From Octopus vulgaris (lineage: Eukaryota), in the NCBI GenBank assembly GCA_951406725.2, contig OX597816.1, positions 144,956,001 to 145,020,000 of the forward strand: a DNA stretch of 64,000 nucleotides, written 5' to 3'. Below are positions 41,365-57,074 of the stretch, one piece after another (position 1 is the stretch's first letter; the number at the start of each line of letters is the position of its first letter). Position numbers and translations under genes: made by a program. The notes under the pieces were generated by a model. It searched no databases, had not been told where the DNA came from, and saw nothing but the letters and a program-made list of their open reading frames with translations.

Positions 41365-41709
41365 TGTATGTACGTATGTATGTATGTATGTATGTATGTA
41401 TGTATGTATGTATGTATGTATGTATGTATGTATGTATGTATGTATGTATGTATGTATGTATGTATGTATGTATGCATGTATGTATGTATGTATGTATGTA
41501 TGTATGTATGTATGTATGTATGTATGTATGTATGCATGTATGCATATATGTATATATGTATGTATGTATGTATGTATCTATGTATGTACGTACACTCATA
41601 TATCTATATGTATATATATATATGTATATGTATGTGTGTATATATATATACATATATATAGACATACATAAATATATCTATATACACATATATATGCACA
41701 CACGCATAT

Positions 41710-41781
<72 letters not shown>

Positions 41782-41790
41782 ATACATATA
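41365..41790. repeat. (TATG)n and (TA)n compound microsatellite
   Basis: Directly visible; similar compound arrays at about 28720-29040, 51000-51250, 53490-53700 and 59320-59580. Confidence 0.95.
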
Positions 41791-41792
41791 TA

Positions 41793-42159
41793 TTTGAGTA
41801 GAAAAATGAAATATCTTTTTATGGATAATTCGTTTAACCGATACCTGAGTAGCAAATTCACATCAGAAATAACACGGTTGAAGTTACGTGCCTAGGGCAG
41901 AGACTACGTGTTTTCGTGTGGAAATTTGTGTTTATTTTTATAAAATTTATGAATAAATGAAAGAATGGAGTTGAACGACAAATTAACAAATTTCCTTTAT
42001 TTTCGACATGTGTTTCGAAGGCTGCATATTCCTAATTGTGAAGGAATAAGGAGTACATTATGCCGCTTTCTCATTAGGAAAAACAAGGAATTTATGTCAA
42101 CATCAAGATTCACAAAAACTTTTAGATGACTGCTCTCACGGAGCGCATAGCGATAATGA
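41793..42159 (-). mobile_element. Solo pLTR-like fragment with hammerhead (G5>A) at 42000-42082
   Basis: Near-identical to 55339-55705; core reads CTAATGA; (TA)n on both sides. Confidence 0.85.
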
Positions 42160-42236
42160 GATATATATATACATATGTATACATATATATACCTATATAT
42201 ATACATATGTGTACATATATATATACACGCATATAT

Positions 42237-42297
<61 letters not shown>

Positions 42298-43144
42298 ATG
42301 TGTGACAGAGGGCAGAGAGAAAGAGAGGACCATATAAACATCTACATACATACATTTATGCATGTATATATGTATATAAATATGCACGTATTATATCTGT
42401 ACATATACATATATACATATGTTTGTGCTTATGTGTATATGTATATGAGGTCCGGATTTTTTACATTGAAAGATTTACTGATTTATATACATTTCAAATT
42501 GGTATGTCGCCTTACTAACATTGCTACTAACGTTTCGCCTTATTTTTGAATGATTTCTGGAATGCACTTCAGGAATGCACTTCATTTAACAGCTTTTCTT
42601 CTGTCTTATCTTTTGTCTGAAATCGGTGAAATTATTGGTGGATTTTAGCTGGTAGATGGTGAATGGCAGTCGCCAAGCAATTTACAAAATCTTCATTGCT
42701 CAGGAGAGAACGTGATGCATCATGAAGGTTTAGTTTTCTGGTGACACATACCTCTTCTTTTGCATTATACTTTCAATTAGTCAATTACATGAATAAGCTA
42801 GTCCTCAGGAAGAATCACTGTGACACAATGTACTTTGGAATTAGATGCACAATATATCCGGTGGACTTCTGCACAGTTTTCACCTACCTATTTTCACTCA
42901 CGAGGTAGGAATCGAGTTTAAAAACAGGCTCCGTAATGGAATCGAATGCATATACATCTATGAAATCCAAGAGGCAACCGGCATTATTATCAGCTGTAAA
43001 TGTACATAATTGATAATAATAACAATAATAGTATTTGTGTCAACAAGCAATGATAGCGTTAAATAACTATACAATAAGTTTATAATTGTAATGTAGGGTA
43101 AACGAAGCACCAGCTTGCTAGAAAAGAGAGTCAAATCCTCAACT

Positions 43145-44383
<1,239 letters not shown>

Positions 44384-44453
44384 TATATATATATATATAT
44401 ATAAATACATACATACATACATACATACATACATACATACATACATACATACA

Positions 44454-44488
<35 letters not shown>

Positions 44489-44806
44489 GTATTTATGTAG
44501 ATGTGTGAGTCTGTGTTTATCCCTGCACAGTTTGATAACTGGTGTTGGTTTCTTTACCCCTCGTAACTTAACGGTTCAGCAAAAAAGAGATCGATAAAAT
44601 AAATACCAAGCCTTAAATTAAGTATCGTATTCGATTTGGCCGAGCAAATCCCTTCAAGACTATGCCTGGCTGCAGTCCTGTGACTGAAACAAGTATAAGA
44701 TAAAATATATATATGAATATGTATAAATATATACGTATGCATGTGTAAACATATGTGTGTGTGTGTGTGTGTGTTTGCGCGCGCGTGTGTATGTGTGTGT
44801 GTGTGC

Positions 44807-44952
<146 letters not shown>

Positions 44953-45618
44953 AATACATATGCACACACACATATACGTATGCATGTGTTTGCTTATGCA
45001 TGGGTTTATTTATGTTTGAATACCCAAGAGGAAATATGAGAAGGAGAATAAAATAAAAATCACGAGAAATTGAACAAGTATATACATCGCTTTATTCCAT
45101 AAGCGTCGATTGTTTTGCCTTTTCGAATGAGTATCGGGTAAAACGTCTCACATTACTTCATGTTTCGTGTTCAAATATCTACGAGATTAATTTTGCTCTT
45201 CATCATGGCATGCCGATCACATATATAGCAGCCAGTTGATAGGATCGATACGATCCCCATATTTGATTCATATTTATATCATCCAAAATATCTGACAGTG
45301 TTAATTTTTTTTCCAATAATGTTATTTATTGTTACAGTTTTAGTGATCAAATATCTACTTTAATGTTCACTGTGAAACAGACTTTGACTGTTCAGATTAT
45401 AGATATATGACAAAAGACTTTGATATCTAATAATATACAAATTTATTACAAAATAATAATACGCTGAAAGTTAATATAGCAATCTGCGTCTTGAACGGTT
45501 ACAATATTTCTATCACTGTGCAATTGTCACCCATATACCCCATATATACACAAACACATTTATACGTATATACATGTACATACAAACACTCATATACACA
45601 CAAACACACTCACACACA

Positions 45619-45657
<39 letters not shown>

Positions 45658-46836
45658 ATATGTAAGTACATATATACTTGTATATTGATTTCACTATCCG
45701 TTTCACACTCTCTCTCATATTAATGTTTGTGTGTATGTTTGCGTGTGTGTGTGGGTTTGTGCTTGTGTGTGCGTGAACGTGTGTATATGTGTATGTAGGC
45801 TTATATCTATACATTCATGAATGAACTCAAAACAAAGCAAAGCACATTCCCACTTGCATATGAGTTAATCGGACAAAATATTCACACTTTTATTATCTGA
45901 TCAACCGAAATATCGTATTCATTGGAAACAGACGTCTAGTTATCTTTCATAAGGTTTTAATCTATATTGCAATAATTATTATATTAGATAATAAACATAT
46001 CACATATTAAATATGGCATTTTTTATAGACAGTGTTATACTAAGATTGAATAATGACCAATACACGACGGTTGCATTTGTTATCAAATCTAATGATATAA
46101 AATATAAATTCGATCTCGCTAGGTTCGGACCCAAAAGAATAAGAGCGCGCGCAGATGTCCTACTGTTATGTCTACGCTACATACTCATCATCTTTTTCAT
46201 TCCTAATTTGGACATTCTGAACCAGTACCGGAGTACTGGTCGTATTCGTTCTACTGGTCAATATTAGTCTAAGTGGCCTTGTGCCAAAACTTGAAACCCG
46301 TATTAATCATAAGATAACTGCACAAATTGCGTATATATTTCCGGCCGTACTTCGTTGAGTTCAGTTAAGTATACAAGCATCAGATATGCATAGAATTACC
46401 CGTGCTGTGACTAACTCCCAAGAATCTATCACTCACCCTACCCAGGCAAAGACAGGTAACAAAGTGCTCTGTAGGTTTTCTGAAAACGTAAAAATGATAT
46501 TTATGAGTTAAACGTTATTGGGGTGGCGGAAGGCCAAAGCCAGGTCAAACTTCGGCACCGTAAACAAGCAGAAAACTCGTAGTTTTACACAGCTGCATCT
46601 CCTGCTGAAATCAATAAATGATTCATATATGTTAAACAACCTGGATCAGTGAAAATCATATTAAGTAACTATATGAGAACATAAAATATGTAAGATTGCC
46701 ATAACGTTAGCATTTATATATTTCATAAAAACTTGTGGTCGTAAAAAAGAATAATTTAATTTTGGCGTGAATCAAATGTGTGTAGTGAATATGCAGCGCC
46801 CTAAATTGACATGTTTCTGAGACAATAAATGTCTGG

Positions 46837-47241
46837 GATGAGTGTTGGCTTAATCACTTTGATCCAAAGAGAAAGAGATAATCCATGCTTTGGAAACACC
46901 CTTCCTCACCGGCTTCAAAGAAGGCCAAAATAGTTTCATCTGCAGGGAATGTGATAACTTAAGTCTATTGGGATACAAAGGATATTGTATTTATTGACTA
47001 TCTGCAAAGGAGCCACACCATCAATGGAGAGTACAATGCCAACTTGCTGAGGCGCTTGCGAAAGGCTATCCAAGATAATTGACGAAAGGGGTCTCAATTC
47101 ATCAGGACAGTGCTCCAGCATGCAAGTCGTAGGTTTCAATGGGTGCTGTGCATGATTATCTCTTCGAACTGGTTGAGTACCCTCCTTATTCTCCTGATTT
47201 GGCTCCATCTGACTATCATCTGTTCTCCAGCATGAAGCAAA
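46837..47241 (+). pseudogene. Mariner transposase remnant
   Basis: DECW..HFDP, SAGNV..VYWD..IVFIDYL..TINGEY..LL, HQDSAP, PPYSPDLAPSDYHLF; internal stops. Confidence 0.9.
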
Positions 47242-47337
47242 ACTTTTTCTGAGTGTCTTGGTTCTTCCTTGTCGTAGGTTTAGTTTGATAACATTTCCAG
47301 TATTTTATCTTTATGTTAGTCCTTGTCTATGATTAAT

Positions 47338-48809
47338 ATCGCGCCTCCCAATAGTTGCTGGACCTCAAGCACCAATCCAACAACTTCTAAAGTCTTTATG
47401 TCTTTTAATACACAGTTATGTACGGGATGGCATAGATTTCATCCAACACATCACTCCCACTGTCGCAGAAGGTACTATACTTACAAGTTTTGATGTCACC
47501 AATCTCTATACTAATATATTTCACACTTTAGGCCTAGAACCAATCAAACACTGGGTAGAGAAACATAGAGAACGGATAAATGAACGCTTCAAGACTGGTC
47601 TCACCATCAAGGCCACACTGCTAATACTAGAAGAAAATAGCTTTAGATCACACAATAAAACATATCGACAAATTAATGGCATTGCGATCTCACATGCAAA
47701 CTTAGTTATGGGATACTTGGAAGAAAGACTTTATGAGGAGGTAGAAAAATCTTTTGATAAGGAGCACAAGAAATATATCATTAAAAAGTGGATACGCTTC
47801 CTTGATGATTGCGTCATCTTCTGGGGCAGATTGAATGAAGATCTAAGTATATTTAACAATATACTGATCACACTTCACCCATCCATCAAATTCACAACAG
47901 AATCCAGTTGCAATGAACTACCATTCCTGGATCACAACAGACATATTTTACAAAAAATCAAACAAACAAAACAAAAAAACTGGCACACATCAATATTTAA
48001 ATTTCTACTCTTGCCATCCATTACACATGAAAAGTAACACCACATACAGCCTGACAAAACGCATCTGTGCTATAGTAACTGACCCAGATTACATTAAATC
48101 CGACTCAACAAACTCAAAGGCTTCCTCACAATGCAGAAATACCCCTTAGGACTAATTAATGAGGGAATTAAAAAGGCAATGGAACTGAACACCACCCAAC
48201 TACGGACACCTGAGGAAAAAGTTAATGAAAACACGATTCCATTCGTTAACACACACGGTCCTGGAATAACTAACTTCTTTCACGTTATAAAATTGAACTT
48301 ACCTATACTCCTACAAAGTCCTAAAATGAAAAATCTGATTGAAAAAAAAAACACCTTACGGAATAGTAGATGCCAACCAAAAGGTCTTTGAAAACACCTC
48401 ACAAGGGCATAATTCAAATCGGAGAATGAATCAGAATTCTTAGTAAAAGAATTTTAAATATTTAGAAAGTGGTTCCAATATAAAATTCAAGAGCGGATCC
48501 CTTTTCAAAATAAATGCAGATATGAACAGCAAAGCACAAAACCTTATATACTACAATACCTGCCCAAACTGCAAAGAAAATTACATTGGCGAAACAAATA
48601 ATACCCTCTGCCAACTTGCAAGAATCCACAGGCAATATATTCGACAAGAGGAATTGCGCAAGATTCCATTAAGTAAGCCTCTGGAAATATGCAGCGACGG
48701 AAAATTCAAATTTTTTCCCTTTTACAAATGTACACGGGAAGATCCACAATACCGAAAAGCAATGGAACTACATTTCATCAAAAAATTTTCTTCAAAATTG
48801 AATGTTTAA
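47338..48809 (+). pseudogene. Decayed PLE RT + GIY-YIG (third family)
   Basis: PIVAGP, SFDVTNLYTNI, ANLVMGYLE, WIRFLDD, SCHP, IYYNTCPNCKENYIGET, FFPFYKC..E.HFIKKF..KLN; several frameshifts. Confidence 0.9.
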
Positions 48810-48858
48810 AAGAAAAGCGGAGACTACATTTTGTGTTCTAAAATATAACTCAAATATT

Positions 48859-49073
48859 CTTTTCTACTCTAGGCACAAGGCCCGACATTTTTGGTGGAGG
48901 GGCAGTCGATTAGATCTACTCCAGTACGCAGCCGGTACTTAATCTATCGACCCCGAAAGGATGAAAGGCAAAGTCGACCTCGGCGGAATTTGAACTCAGA
49001 ATGTAAAGATACACGAAATACCGCTAAGCAATTCACCCGGCATGCTAATGTTTCTGCCAGCTCGCCGCCTTAC
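48859..49073 (-). mobile_element. Full-length tRNA-derived SINE with 14-bp target-site duplication
   Basis: ATAACTCAAATATT at 48845-48858 and 49074-49087; GAGCTGGCAGAA head, GAGTTCAAATTCC B box and shared central block. Confidence 0.9.
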
Positions 49074-49583
49074 ATAACTCAAATATTGGAAACATAATGC
49101 TCATCTCTGTAAATATTCAGAACTATATTTCATCAAAAAATTCTCTCCCAAATTCAATGTTTGAAAGAAAAGCTGAGACAGCACATTTTGTATTCCAAAT
49201 ATAGCTCAACGAGGAGAAAAAGAAAGAGGAAAAAAGTAGAAAAGAGAAAATGAAAAAAAGGAAGGAAAAGAAAAAGAAAGAAAGAAAGGAAGAAAGGGAA
49301 AAGAGAGAAAGAAAGCAAAAAGACTTTCAGTGATAACCACACCACACCTGTTTTTTTTTTAAGCGGTCACCATCCTTAAACCTATTTGAATACAATGGTC
49401 AATGACTTAAAGAATAAAGGAATGCTGATATATGTATATACCATTTATATATATGTATATACTATGCATATGTACATGTATACACACATACACACACACG
49501 CACACACAATAACAGAAGAATTGTGGTTCGCTGCAGCTGTTTCAGGCGCGTTTATGTTGATGGTTAGAAGTGTTACATCGTGC

Positions 49584-49616
<33 letters not shown>

Positions 49617-49635
49617 CCCTTCCATCAGGCGACTA

Positions 49636-49775
49636 TAGGTAAGAATTAACAATTAGAACAAATAAAGGACATAGTGCCAGATGACACGACCGACCCAAAT
49701 TCGGTCAGAGAATTTGTGTCAGTCGAGTCACTATGTTCTTTTTCTTGAGTAGTTCTAATTGTTAATTCTTACCTG
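49636..49775. mobile_element. 140-bp foldback MITE-like hairpin flanked by TA
   Basis: AGGTAAGAATTAACAATTAGAAC / GTTCTAATTGTTAATTCTTACCT perfect 23-bp inverted repeat plus inner helices. Confidence 0.7.
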
Positions 49776-51029
49776 TATTCACCTGATGAAAATGTTCTTT
49801 TTTTGCATGAGGGAACACTTCTGTACATCAATATAAACACGTTTCAAACATTTGTAGTGCGCCACAATCCCCCTGTTGTTCTTATTTATTCTTCACCTCA
49901 CTGGGAACCTTCAATGTACCCATATATAACTTTGATGACATGTTGTGTATTCAGTCAGCCACTTGTGAATGTATGCATAACTGGAGGAACAAATCCGTAT
50001 TTACTTTAGCGAGTACGTATATGTTGTTTAACATTATTCGTACATAATCGTGCTATCACTGACCCTACCTTTGTGCATTCACTATTTAAATGCCTGGTTC
50101 TCTTGAATCCTGGATATTTATATATATCAAAAATGTTTTAAGTAAACTAAAGTGCGCTATACATGGTCATGTGTCAGTGCTTAGATGAATCTGAAAATTG
50201 AACTTCAGCACCTTTATCTGGGGCAGGTAGTGCTGAGGCAGGAAGTAGGATATAAAGACGATTCTTGCTGAGCAGGTATGCGAGTAAAGACGGCAGACAG
50301 ACGATGGAAGCACAAGTAATGTTTTCACATGGAAGTATGAGTATACACATAAATAATCTAATTTCATTTTCATATGCAGCATTCCGCGTGAATTTATTCC
50401 TTACACCTACTTCTGTTTATCTGTCTTTTATGCTTACACACACAAGCATACACACACACCCACTCATACACACGCGCTCGCGCACGTATATAGCTGATTC
50501 AGAAATAAAGGCGAGTTATTATTTTATTGTCTTACGTATGTAAAATGAAGTTAGTTAGATATAAAATCACTTTGATGATGACACTCTAAATGTAAACCAA
50601 ACATTCTGTTCAGCATATTTAATATCTGCGTTATTAGTCGTTTTAGAAAAACACATAAATCCTTTTTAAAACTCCATATAAACATGCTTTTAATGTTTGT
50701 TTGAAAAGTCTGATCAATATTCTGAATGAAAATTCTTAGTTTAGTTCATTTTTCTCGTCATCAGAAAACTGTTCTCTTATAATTTTTCCCACAAGAAAAA
50801 GTAAAATGTTTTCATATATCATATTAGCAGCTGCATGATATCTGGAACTGTGAAGCATTAAATATAATAAAAATCCGTACCTTCAGTTTCAGAATATATA
50901 AAGAAAATATACGCTGTAATATGGAGTTAGCATTTTTACCTCTCGTCTGAAATTTCGCTCAGCATGTCTGTATGTATTCATACACACATGGTGAGCGAAA
51001 TACATGTATGTATGTATGTATTATGTATG

Positions 51030-51063
<34 letters not shown>

Positions 51064-51113
51064 TGTATGCATGTATGTATGTATTCATACATACACAGTA
51101 CGTACATACGTAC

Positions 51114-51144
<31 letters not shown>

Positions 51145-52358
51145 CATACATACATACATACATACATACATACATAAATACATGCGTACATGTATGAGTA
51201 TATATATATGTGTGTATGTGTGAGTGTGCGCGTGTATGTGTGTGCATATGTGAGTTTGTGTGTATATTACATTTTTACAATACAATTTACAGTTTTACGC
51301 TATCTTCATTACATGAAATAGCATTTGCATTGAACTGGTGTTTGAATTGCATCTTAAGTCCCACAAATGTCTATAATTATTTATTGTTGTATAATTTCTT
51401 TAGCAACGCCTCAACTGAGTTTATTTAGAACGTCGTTTTGAATAACTTACTGCTATAGGATATATATTTGGAAGCTTGAGTTGCATAATGCTCTGTTTCT
51501 TGCCTACCAAATGTGAATTATTGAAACAAGACTTACGTCTTATATCTATTTGTTGAATACTAATGTTCAGAAAAGAATGTGCATCTAGTTCAGCTCGTTA
51601 GGATCAGATATATTTTCCTGATGAATAATGTATTAGTAGTTCTCTTAACAATTTTCATATCTGATATATTTTTCTATAAGACTGGGAGTTAAAAAGAAAT
51701 GTTCAAAGTTTTTTTATATTTTTATTATACAAAATTCTATAACTAAAGTCATCAGAAATTGTTTGCCTCACCTTGTATAAGTTTTTGCGTTCTTCGTAGA
51801 TGAAATGAAGGTCCAGAGTTTGTCATGATCTCCGACAGGCATGCTTTTTAGGTGTTACGAAGTGTAGCAGAGGCTGTCTTGCTCTTGTCAAGATAAATTA
51901 GCAACAAATAAAAACTGCGTGTCCAAGATGCGTGAAACCTCTTGACACCACCTCTGATGAATGCAGATCGGTCTATTCACTCAAGCAACTGGATATCAAC
52001 GAAGCAGGTAAGCTTAAACCATCGGTACTTGTATTAATATTTTTATTATTGAAAATTTCTAGATTGCTCGCACAAGTTCGATAAAATTCTGTATCAGCTA
52101 TTCAACAATGAAACTATTTGAAACGCTCTAGAAAACAGGGAGATTTTAAAATATCATTACCGCAGTCATAAAAAAAAAACTTTGAAGAGAAGAGCAACAA
52201 TTTCCTATAGGTTTGAGACGTATCGAATACGGAAAGAAAACTTACTGCCTAAGAACAAATAAATGAGAAATTGTCTTCAAAATACATTTTGCGATCACGA
52301 TAATGATATTTATTCCAATCCAGCAGTATTTTCTCATTCATTCATCCAACTAAATGTA

Positions 52359-52391
<33 letters not shown>

Positions 52392-52417
52392 CACACACGC
52401 ACACATACAAACACACA

Positions 52418-52450
<33 letters not shown>

Positions 52451-53037
52451 TATATATATATATATAAATAAATAAATATATATATATATATATATACATA
52501 TATATATTAGAAGGTTTGGAGATGATGTACAGGTATTAAATATTAGAAGAAATAAGGTACTCAGAAATCTGGATGGTTTATATTTACAGATATTATTGAT
52601 ATGTCACATGTTTTTATAAATCCTATATTAGTCCTTGCGTCCACTCTAGTGGAGTCGTCAGATTGAACTTTTTCAGGAATTTTGTCTCTTTTTATAGTAT
52701 CATTGAGTGTGTAGGGGTGGAGAGAGATAAAAGATAGTACAAGAGGGTGAGGAATGGGGAGAAAGTGAGAGAGAGAGAGGGGGGAGGGAGAGGTAGAGAG
52801 GGAGAGAGAGTGCGTGTGTGTGTGCTTTTGTATCTGAAAGAAGTGTCAATGGAAAAGAGAAGGAACGGAAGAAGGAGGAGAAAAAGAAGAAAAAATGTGT
52901 TGACATATTTGCAGCTGGTCAGCCTTTCAATAGTAAATGATTCTTTGCTTTTAGAGATGGCAAACCCAGCTGGTCACTCCCAGGGGGCAAAATGTCGCTT
53001 TTCAAAAAATTGTTTGGATTTCTTTTTATCATTGTCT

Positions 53038-53404
53038 TATAAAATTAAGAGGAATGACCCCTAAAGTGGACACCTAATATGCTAAACATAGACGTCAAAT
53101 CGCCATTACCACGAAGAGTGTGTCCTCAAGAAAAATCTCAGCAACACGTTTAGTAAGTGACAGACTACACTGATGATCTTGCAGATATTTACGTAATTAC
53201 ATGCGTAAATATCAACAAGTGAAACGACGATACGTAGGTACTCGTTATTTATTTCGTATATTTTCATTTGTTTTGATCATTTTTACATTTTGGCGTTTTG
53301 CTGAGATTTTTCTTGAGAACACACTCGTCGTGGTAATGGCAATTTGACGTCTATATTTAGCATATTAGGTGCCCACTTTAGGGGTCATTCCTCTTAATTT
53401 TATA
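53038..53404. mobile_element. 107-bp inverted arms enclosing a hammerhead remnant (53165-53237, plus strand)
   Basis: Arms 53038-53144 and 53298-53404; spacer CTACA-CTGATGA-TCTTG..GATATTTACG..CGTAAATATC..CAAGT-GAAA-CGACGA-TA-CGTAG. Confidence 0.75.
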
Positions 53405-53604
53405 TATAACAATTTTTAATCTTCTAATTTTTAAATACGCTAAGCCACTGGTTTTAACTGATTGATATCGATTTCTACCCTTATTATTTAATTATATATA
53501 TATATATACATGCATACATATATACATATATATACATATATATACATATATATACATATATATACATATATATACATATATACATGCATACATGCATACA
53601 TATA

Positions 53605-53651
<47 letters not shown>

Positions 53652-53701
53652 ATGTGTGTGTATGTGTGTGTGTATGTATATATGTATGTATATATGTATG
53701 T

Positions 53702-55299
53702 GTCCTGAAGGTGTGTCGACACCAACTTGCATCTCCCCTGGCTAATCTGTGGAGAAACTCACTGGATGCTGGCTATATTCCAAAAAAACCTTCTGTCCCA
53801 GTCTGTTGTCCCAGTTTTCAAAAAGGGAAACAAGTCCCTTGCAGTGAACTACCGTCCGATCTCACTCACCTCTCATATCATCAAGGTATTTGAGAGGGTG
53901 GTGAGATCTCGAATAACCCAATTTCTGGAAAGCAACAGACGGCTGATCTCTAACCAACATGGGTTCCGTAATGGAAGGGACTGCCTAACGCAGCTCCTGC
54001 ATCACTTTGATGACATTTTGAGAGCTTTGGGAGAGGACTCCAACACCGATGTCATCTACCTTGATTTCAGTAAGGCCTTCGACAGGGTCGATCACAAGAT
54101 CCTATTGAAAAAACTATCCAACATTGGTGTCTCTGGAAAGTTACTGAAATGGATCAAGTGTTTCCTGACAGACAGATCTCAACATGTTGTAGTTGAAGGG
54201 GTAAAATCAAGCCCAGCCAAAGTCAGTAGTGGCGCTCCGCAAGGCACTGTGCTGGGCCCACTTCTTTTCATCATCTACATTAATGACATTAATGACATCA
54301 TCAAGCACAGTAACATAAAAATCTTTGCAGATGATTCCAAGCTACAGAAGGTCATAAATGAGGCGAGTGACCGGACATGCCTTCAGTCAGATCTACTGGC
54401 TGTTATCCAATGGGCAGAAAAAAAACAATATGCTGCTGAACGAGGATAAATTTGAGTTAATCCACTTTGGAAAAGAGGATGCCCTGAAACTCCATACTCC
54501 CTTCCTTCAGGTGAAACTCTCGTGGCGTCCAACAACATCAGAGACTTGGGAGTAATTGTGGACAACAACATAAGCTGAGCCACTCATATAAACACCAAAG
54601 TTGACATGGCCCGCAGAATGTGTTCCTGGATTCTCAGAACTTTCCAGTCGAGAGATATCCACACTATTATCCTTCTCTTCTCCACTTTTGCCCGACCCCA
54701 CCTTGAATACTGTTGTCCACTGTGGTCTCCCCACACAATACAAAGTATCATGAAAGTTGAAGCACCTCAAAGGGCAATCACAAAAAAGATAGATGGCATG
54801 ACAGGCCTCGACTATTGGGGTCGACTAGAAAAGCTAAAACTTTATTCTCTCCAACGTCGTCGTGAGCGCTACATCATCTGCATGATGTGGAAAATATTCC
54901 ATCAGCATTGCCCAAATGATGTTGGCATCACCTTTAAGGTACATCCAAGGCTTGGGCCCGTGCCATCCGCCCAAAACAAAAATCGCACTCACATCTCATA
55001 ACAACAATACGGCACAATTATTTCACCTCAATTGGCCCCGCTCTCTTTAACATTACACCAAAACACATTAAAACAGAAACTGACCCTATAGGGTTCAAGA
55101 AGTCTTTGGACAGATTCCTTCAAGAAATCCCGGATAAACCCCCTACACCCGGATATGTCTCTGTAAACAATAACTCTCTACTTGAGTGGGCCATAGTGCC
55201 CAATTTCTGACTTGAAAGACTTCACCAGGTGATGCTATTAAGTTAGACATGGCCTGGGCCAATAATGGCCGAAACCTATCAAAGTATCAAAGTATCAAA

Positions 55300-55300
<1 letters not shown>
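53702..55300 (+). mobile_element. 5'-truncated CR1-type LINE (RT, frameshifted) with 3' stem-loop and (TATCAAAG)3 tail
   Basis: YRPISLTS, QHGFR, YLDFSKAFD, GAPQGTVLGPLLF, FADD, RPHLEYC..LWSP; GGCCAATAATGGCC hairpin; 8-bp terminal repeats at 55277-55300. Confidence 0.93.
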
Positions 55301-55342
<42 letters not shown>

Positions 55343-55545
55343 AGTAGAAAAATGAAATATCTTTTTATGGATAATTCGTTTAACCGATACCTGGGTAGCA
55401 AATTCACATCAGAAATAACACGGTTGAAGTTACGTGCCTAGGGCAGAGACTACGTGTTTTCGTGTGGAAATTTGTGTGTAATTTTATAAAATTTATGAAT
55501 AAACGAAGGAATGGAGTTGAACGACAAATTAACAAATTTCCTTTA

Positions 55546-55628
55546 TTTTCGACATATGTTTCGAAGGCTGCATATTCCTAATTGTGAAGGAATAAGGAGT
55601 ACATTATGCCGCTTTCTCATCAGGAAAA
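55546..55628 (-). ncRNA. Intact type-I hammerhead, long stem II
   Basis: Reverse complement of 56930-57012. Confidence 0.85.
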
Positions 55629-56929
55629 ACAAGGAATTTATGTCAACATCAAGATTCACAAAGACTTTTAGATGACTGCTCTCACGGAGCGCATAGCGAT
55701 AATGATAATGAGTGTCTCTTTAATATTCCTTTATAAGGAGTGACGTCAATCTGGTTGAATGTAGAAAATTCTAGAAGGTTCTAAATGTTCAAGAGTTCAA
55801 ACGAAGTAGGGGAGAGAGGCCAAGAAAAGTAAGGTGATTTGGAACAGGTCGTATGTATGGTGGGTTTTGTTAAATTTTTTTGTGAATGAGTGTCTGTGTG
55901 AGTGAATGAATATAACTGTATTAATACCTATGTGTGTGTATGTGTGTGCGTGAATGTGTATGTGGATGGGTAGATGTCAAAGAAACAGATAGTGGTGTTG
56001 TAGCAGATATGTGTCTGTGTGATTGATTACTATAGATATAGGGAAAGAGAGAGAAAAAAAACGGAAAGTGGAGGGCGAGGTATTGGGACAAAGGCAAAAC
56101 AAACCTCAATGGATTGGGTAGTATGTCTTTGAAAGACAGCAATTCAACCTTCAAGCTGGAATGGTCCATTTTGTCGGTATCCGTTCCGTTTGACAAGGGC
56201 AGAAAACTTGTGGCGTCTGTAATTCTGAATTTTTTCATATATTATTCGCCAAAGTACCTTTAATAGATTCAATCGTCGAAAGGTCCTACAGGTGATTGCA
56301 CTGGAGAAAACACACATTTCACTCATGTGAATAATGACTAATATAGATAACCCCCTTGAATTTTAATTAATATATTTCCATTTATATATTTCACCCTTTA
56401 GTTTTAAAAAAAAATGTTTATGCTTTCAAAGACATACTACCCAATCCATTGAGGTTTGTTTTGCCTTTGTCCCAATACCTCGCCCTCCTCTTTCTCGTTT
56501 TTCTCTCTCTTTCCCTATATCTATAGTAATCAAGCACACAGACACATATCTGCTACAACACCACTATCTGTTTCTTTGACATCTACCCATCCACATACAC
56601 ATTCACGCACACACATACACACACATAGGTATTAATACAGTTATATTCATTCACTCACACAGACACTCATTCACAAAAGAATTTAACAAAACCCACCATA
56701 CATACGACCTGTTCCAAATCACCTTACTTTTCTTAGGCCTCTCTCCCCCTACTTCGTTTGAACTCTTGAACATTTAGAACCTTCTAGAATTTTCTACATT
56801 CAACCAGATTGACGTCACTCCTTATAAAGGAATATTAAAGAGACACTCATTATCATTATCGCTATGCGCTCCGTGAGAGCAGTCATCTAAAAGTCTTTGT
56901 GAATCTTGATGTTGACATAAATTCCTTGT

Positions 56930-57012
56930 TTTTCCTGATGAGAAAGCGGCATAATGTACTCCTTATTCCTTCACAATTAGGAATATGCAGCCTTCGAAAC
57001 ATATGTCGAAAA
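56930..57012 (+). ncRNA. Intact type-I hammerhead, long stem II
   Basis: TTTTC-CTGATGA-GAAAGCGGCATA..TATGCAGCCTTC-GAAA-CATATG-TC-GAAAA; palindromic ACATATGT stem III; stem I extended by TTCCTT/AAGGAA. Confidence 0.88.
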
Positions 57013-57074
57013 TAAAGGAAATTTGTTAATTTGTCGTTCAACTCCATTCCTTCATTTATTCATAAATTTTATAA

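Noticed and set aside
50240-50320. TATAAAG followed by a short ATG and GT donor-like sites on the plus strand
   Set aside because: No supportable downstream exon; the putative exon at 51800-52007 has stops in all three frames.
55250-55280. GGCC-AATAAT-GGCC-GAAAC as a hammerhead half
   Set aside because: No upstream core or stem I; better explained as the LINE 3' recognition stem-loop.
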